From positions 62,001-126,000 of the forward strand of contig CAXHJY010000738.1 in NCBI GenBank assembly GCA_964016885.1: a stretch of 64,000 nt of DNA, written 5' to 3'. Below, piece by piece: positions 62,601 through 64,000 of the stretch. Source of the stretch: Eledone cirrhosa (Eukaryota). The translations under genes and the position numbers were made by a program. The notes beneath the pieces are model-generated. The model searched no databases, was not told the origin of the DNA, and was given only the letters and a program-made list of their open reading frames with translations. Position 1 is the stretch's first letter; the number at the start of each line of letters is the position of its first letter.

Positions 62601-64000
62601 CAGTACAGTAGATAGAGTACAGTACAGTAGATATATTACAGTACAGTAGGTATAATACAGTACAGTAGGTATATTACAGTACAGTAGGTATATTACAGTA
62701 CAGTAGGTATATTACAGTACAGTAGGTATATTACAGTACAGTAGATATATTGCAGTCCAGTAGGTATATTACAGTACAGTAGGTATATTACAGTACAGTA
62801 GGTATATTACAGTACAGTAGATATATTACAGTACAGTAGGTATATTACAGTACAGTAGGTATATTACAGTACAGTAGATAGAGTACAGTACAGTAGATAT
62901 ATTACAGTACAGTAGGTATAATACAGTACAGTAGGTATATTACAGTACAGTAGGTATATTACAGTACAGTAGGTATATTACAGTACAGTAGGTATATTAC
63001 AGTACAGTAGGTATATTACAGTACAGTAGATATATTGCAGTACAGTAGGTATATTACAGTACAGTAGATAGATTACAGTACATTAGATATATTACAGTAC
63101 AGTAGGTATATTACAGTACAGTAGATATATTACAGTACAGTAGGTATATTACAGTACAGTAGATAGATTACAGTACAGTAGGTATAATACAGTACAGTAG
63201 GTATATTACAGTACAGTAGGTATATTACAGTACAGTAGGTATATTACAGTACAGTAGTTATAATACAGTACAGTAGGTATATTACAGTACAGTAGTTATA
63301 ATACAGTACAGTAGGTATATTACAGTACAGTAGGTATATTACAGTACAGTAGGTATTTTACAGTACAGTAGGTATATTACAGTACAGTAGATATAATACA
63401 ATACAGTAGATATATTACAGTACAGTAGGTATATTACAGTACAGTAGGTATATTACAGTACAGTAGGTATATTACACTACAGTAGATATATTACAGTACA
63501 GTAGGTATATTACAGTACAGTAGGTATAATACCATACAGTAGGTATATTACAGTACAGTAGGTATATTACAGTACAGTAGGTATTTTACAGTACAGTAGG
63601 TATATTACAGTACAGTAGATATAATACAATACAGTAGATATATTACAGTACAGTAGGTATATTACAGTACAGTAGGTATATTACAGTACAGTAGGTATAT
63701 TACAGTACAGTAGGTATAATACAGTACAGTAGGTATATTACAGTACAGTAGGTATATTACAGTACAGTAGGTATAATACAGTACAGTAGGTATATTACAG
63801 TACAGTAGTTATATTACAGTACAGTAGGTATGTTACAGTACAGTAGGTATATTACAGTACAGTTGGTATATTACAGTACAGTAGGTATATTACAGTACAG
63901 TAGGTATATTACAGTACAATAGATATATTACAGTACAGTAGGTATATTACAGTACAGTAGGTATATTACAGTACAGTAGATAGAGTACAGTACAGTAGAT

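Larger units (their letters stand above)
1..64000. repeat. Tandem satellite array, 19-bp monomer RTATATTACAGTACAGTAG (~3,370 copies), single orientation, truncated by both window edges
   Basis: Monomer read directly (1-19 GTATATTACAGTACAGTAG) and continuous to position 64000. One position is commonly dimorphic (G/A); other changes are scattered substitutions and small indels. Monomer GC is 5-6 of 19, with no CpG in the consensus and one GTAC per monomer. Confidence 0.99.

Noticed and set aside
1-64000. Protein-coding repeat ORF
   Set aside because: Because 19 is not a multiple of 3, each frame cycles through all phases. It hits TAG on the + strand and TAA on the - strand every 57 bp, and there is no consensus ATG or unique flanking sequence.
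1-64000. CRISPR array
   Set aside because: Repeats are directly adjacent, with no unique spacers, leader or cas genes.
1-64000. Telomerase-synthesised long telomeric repeat (as in some yeasts)
   Set aside because: The unit length is compatible, but the monomer lacks G-runs. Inherited point variants copied in multi-kb blocks indicate recombinational amplification rather than templated addition. A subtelomeric location is not excluded.
1-64000. G/A pattern as a functional code or synthetic data storage
   Set aside because: The pattern is explained by block duplication with accumulating mutations, and there is no framing or other evidence of encoded information.
1-64000. Pure sequencing artefact (rolling-circle or polymerase concatemer)
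   Set aside because: Hierarchically shared variants at several different periods are hard to produce artefactually, although exact block copy numbers may still be mis-assembled.

Overview
The whole 64 kb window is one uninterrupted, head-to-tail satellite array of a 19-bp AT-rich monomer, consensus RTATATTACAGTACAGTAG (R = G or A). There are roughly 3,370 copies by length/19, and the array runs off both window edges. I see no genes, RNA genes, transposons, CRISPR spacers, unique DNA or strand inversion. The consensus places a stop codon every 57 bp in all six frames. The only higher-level information is in rare variant monomers, which work as markers. They reveal nested, irregular kb-scale duplications (periods of about 1.7, 2.0, 2.1, 3.4, 4.1 and 7.5 kb, plus dispersed copies) and three regional sub-domains with different marker sets. 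This looks like eukaryotic heterochromatic satellite or large minisatellite DNA expanding by unequal exchange. The organism and function cannot be determined from the sequence, and I found no support for a novel gene system. All offsets were read by eye from marker positions, and block boundaries are approximate.
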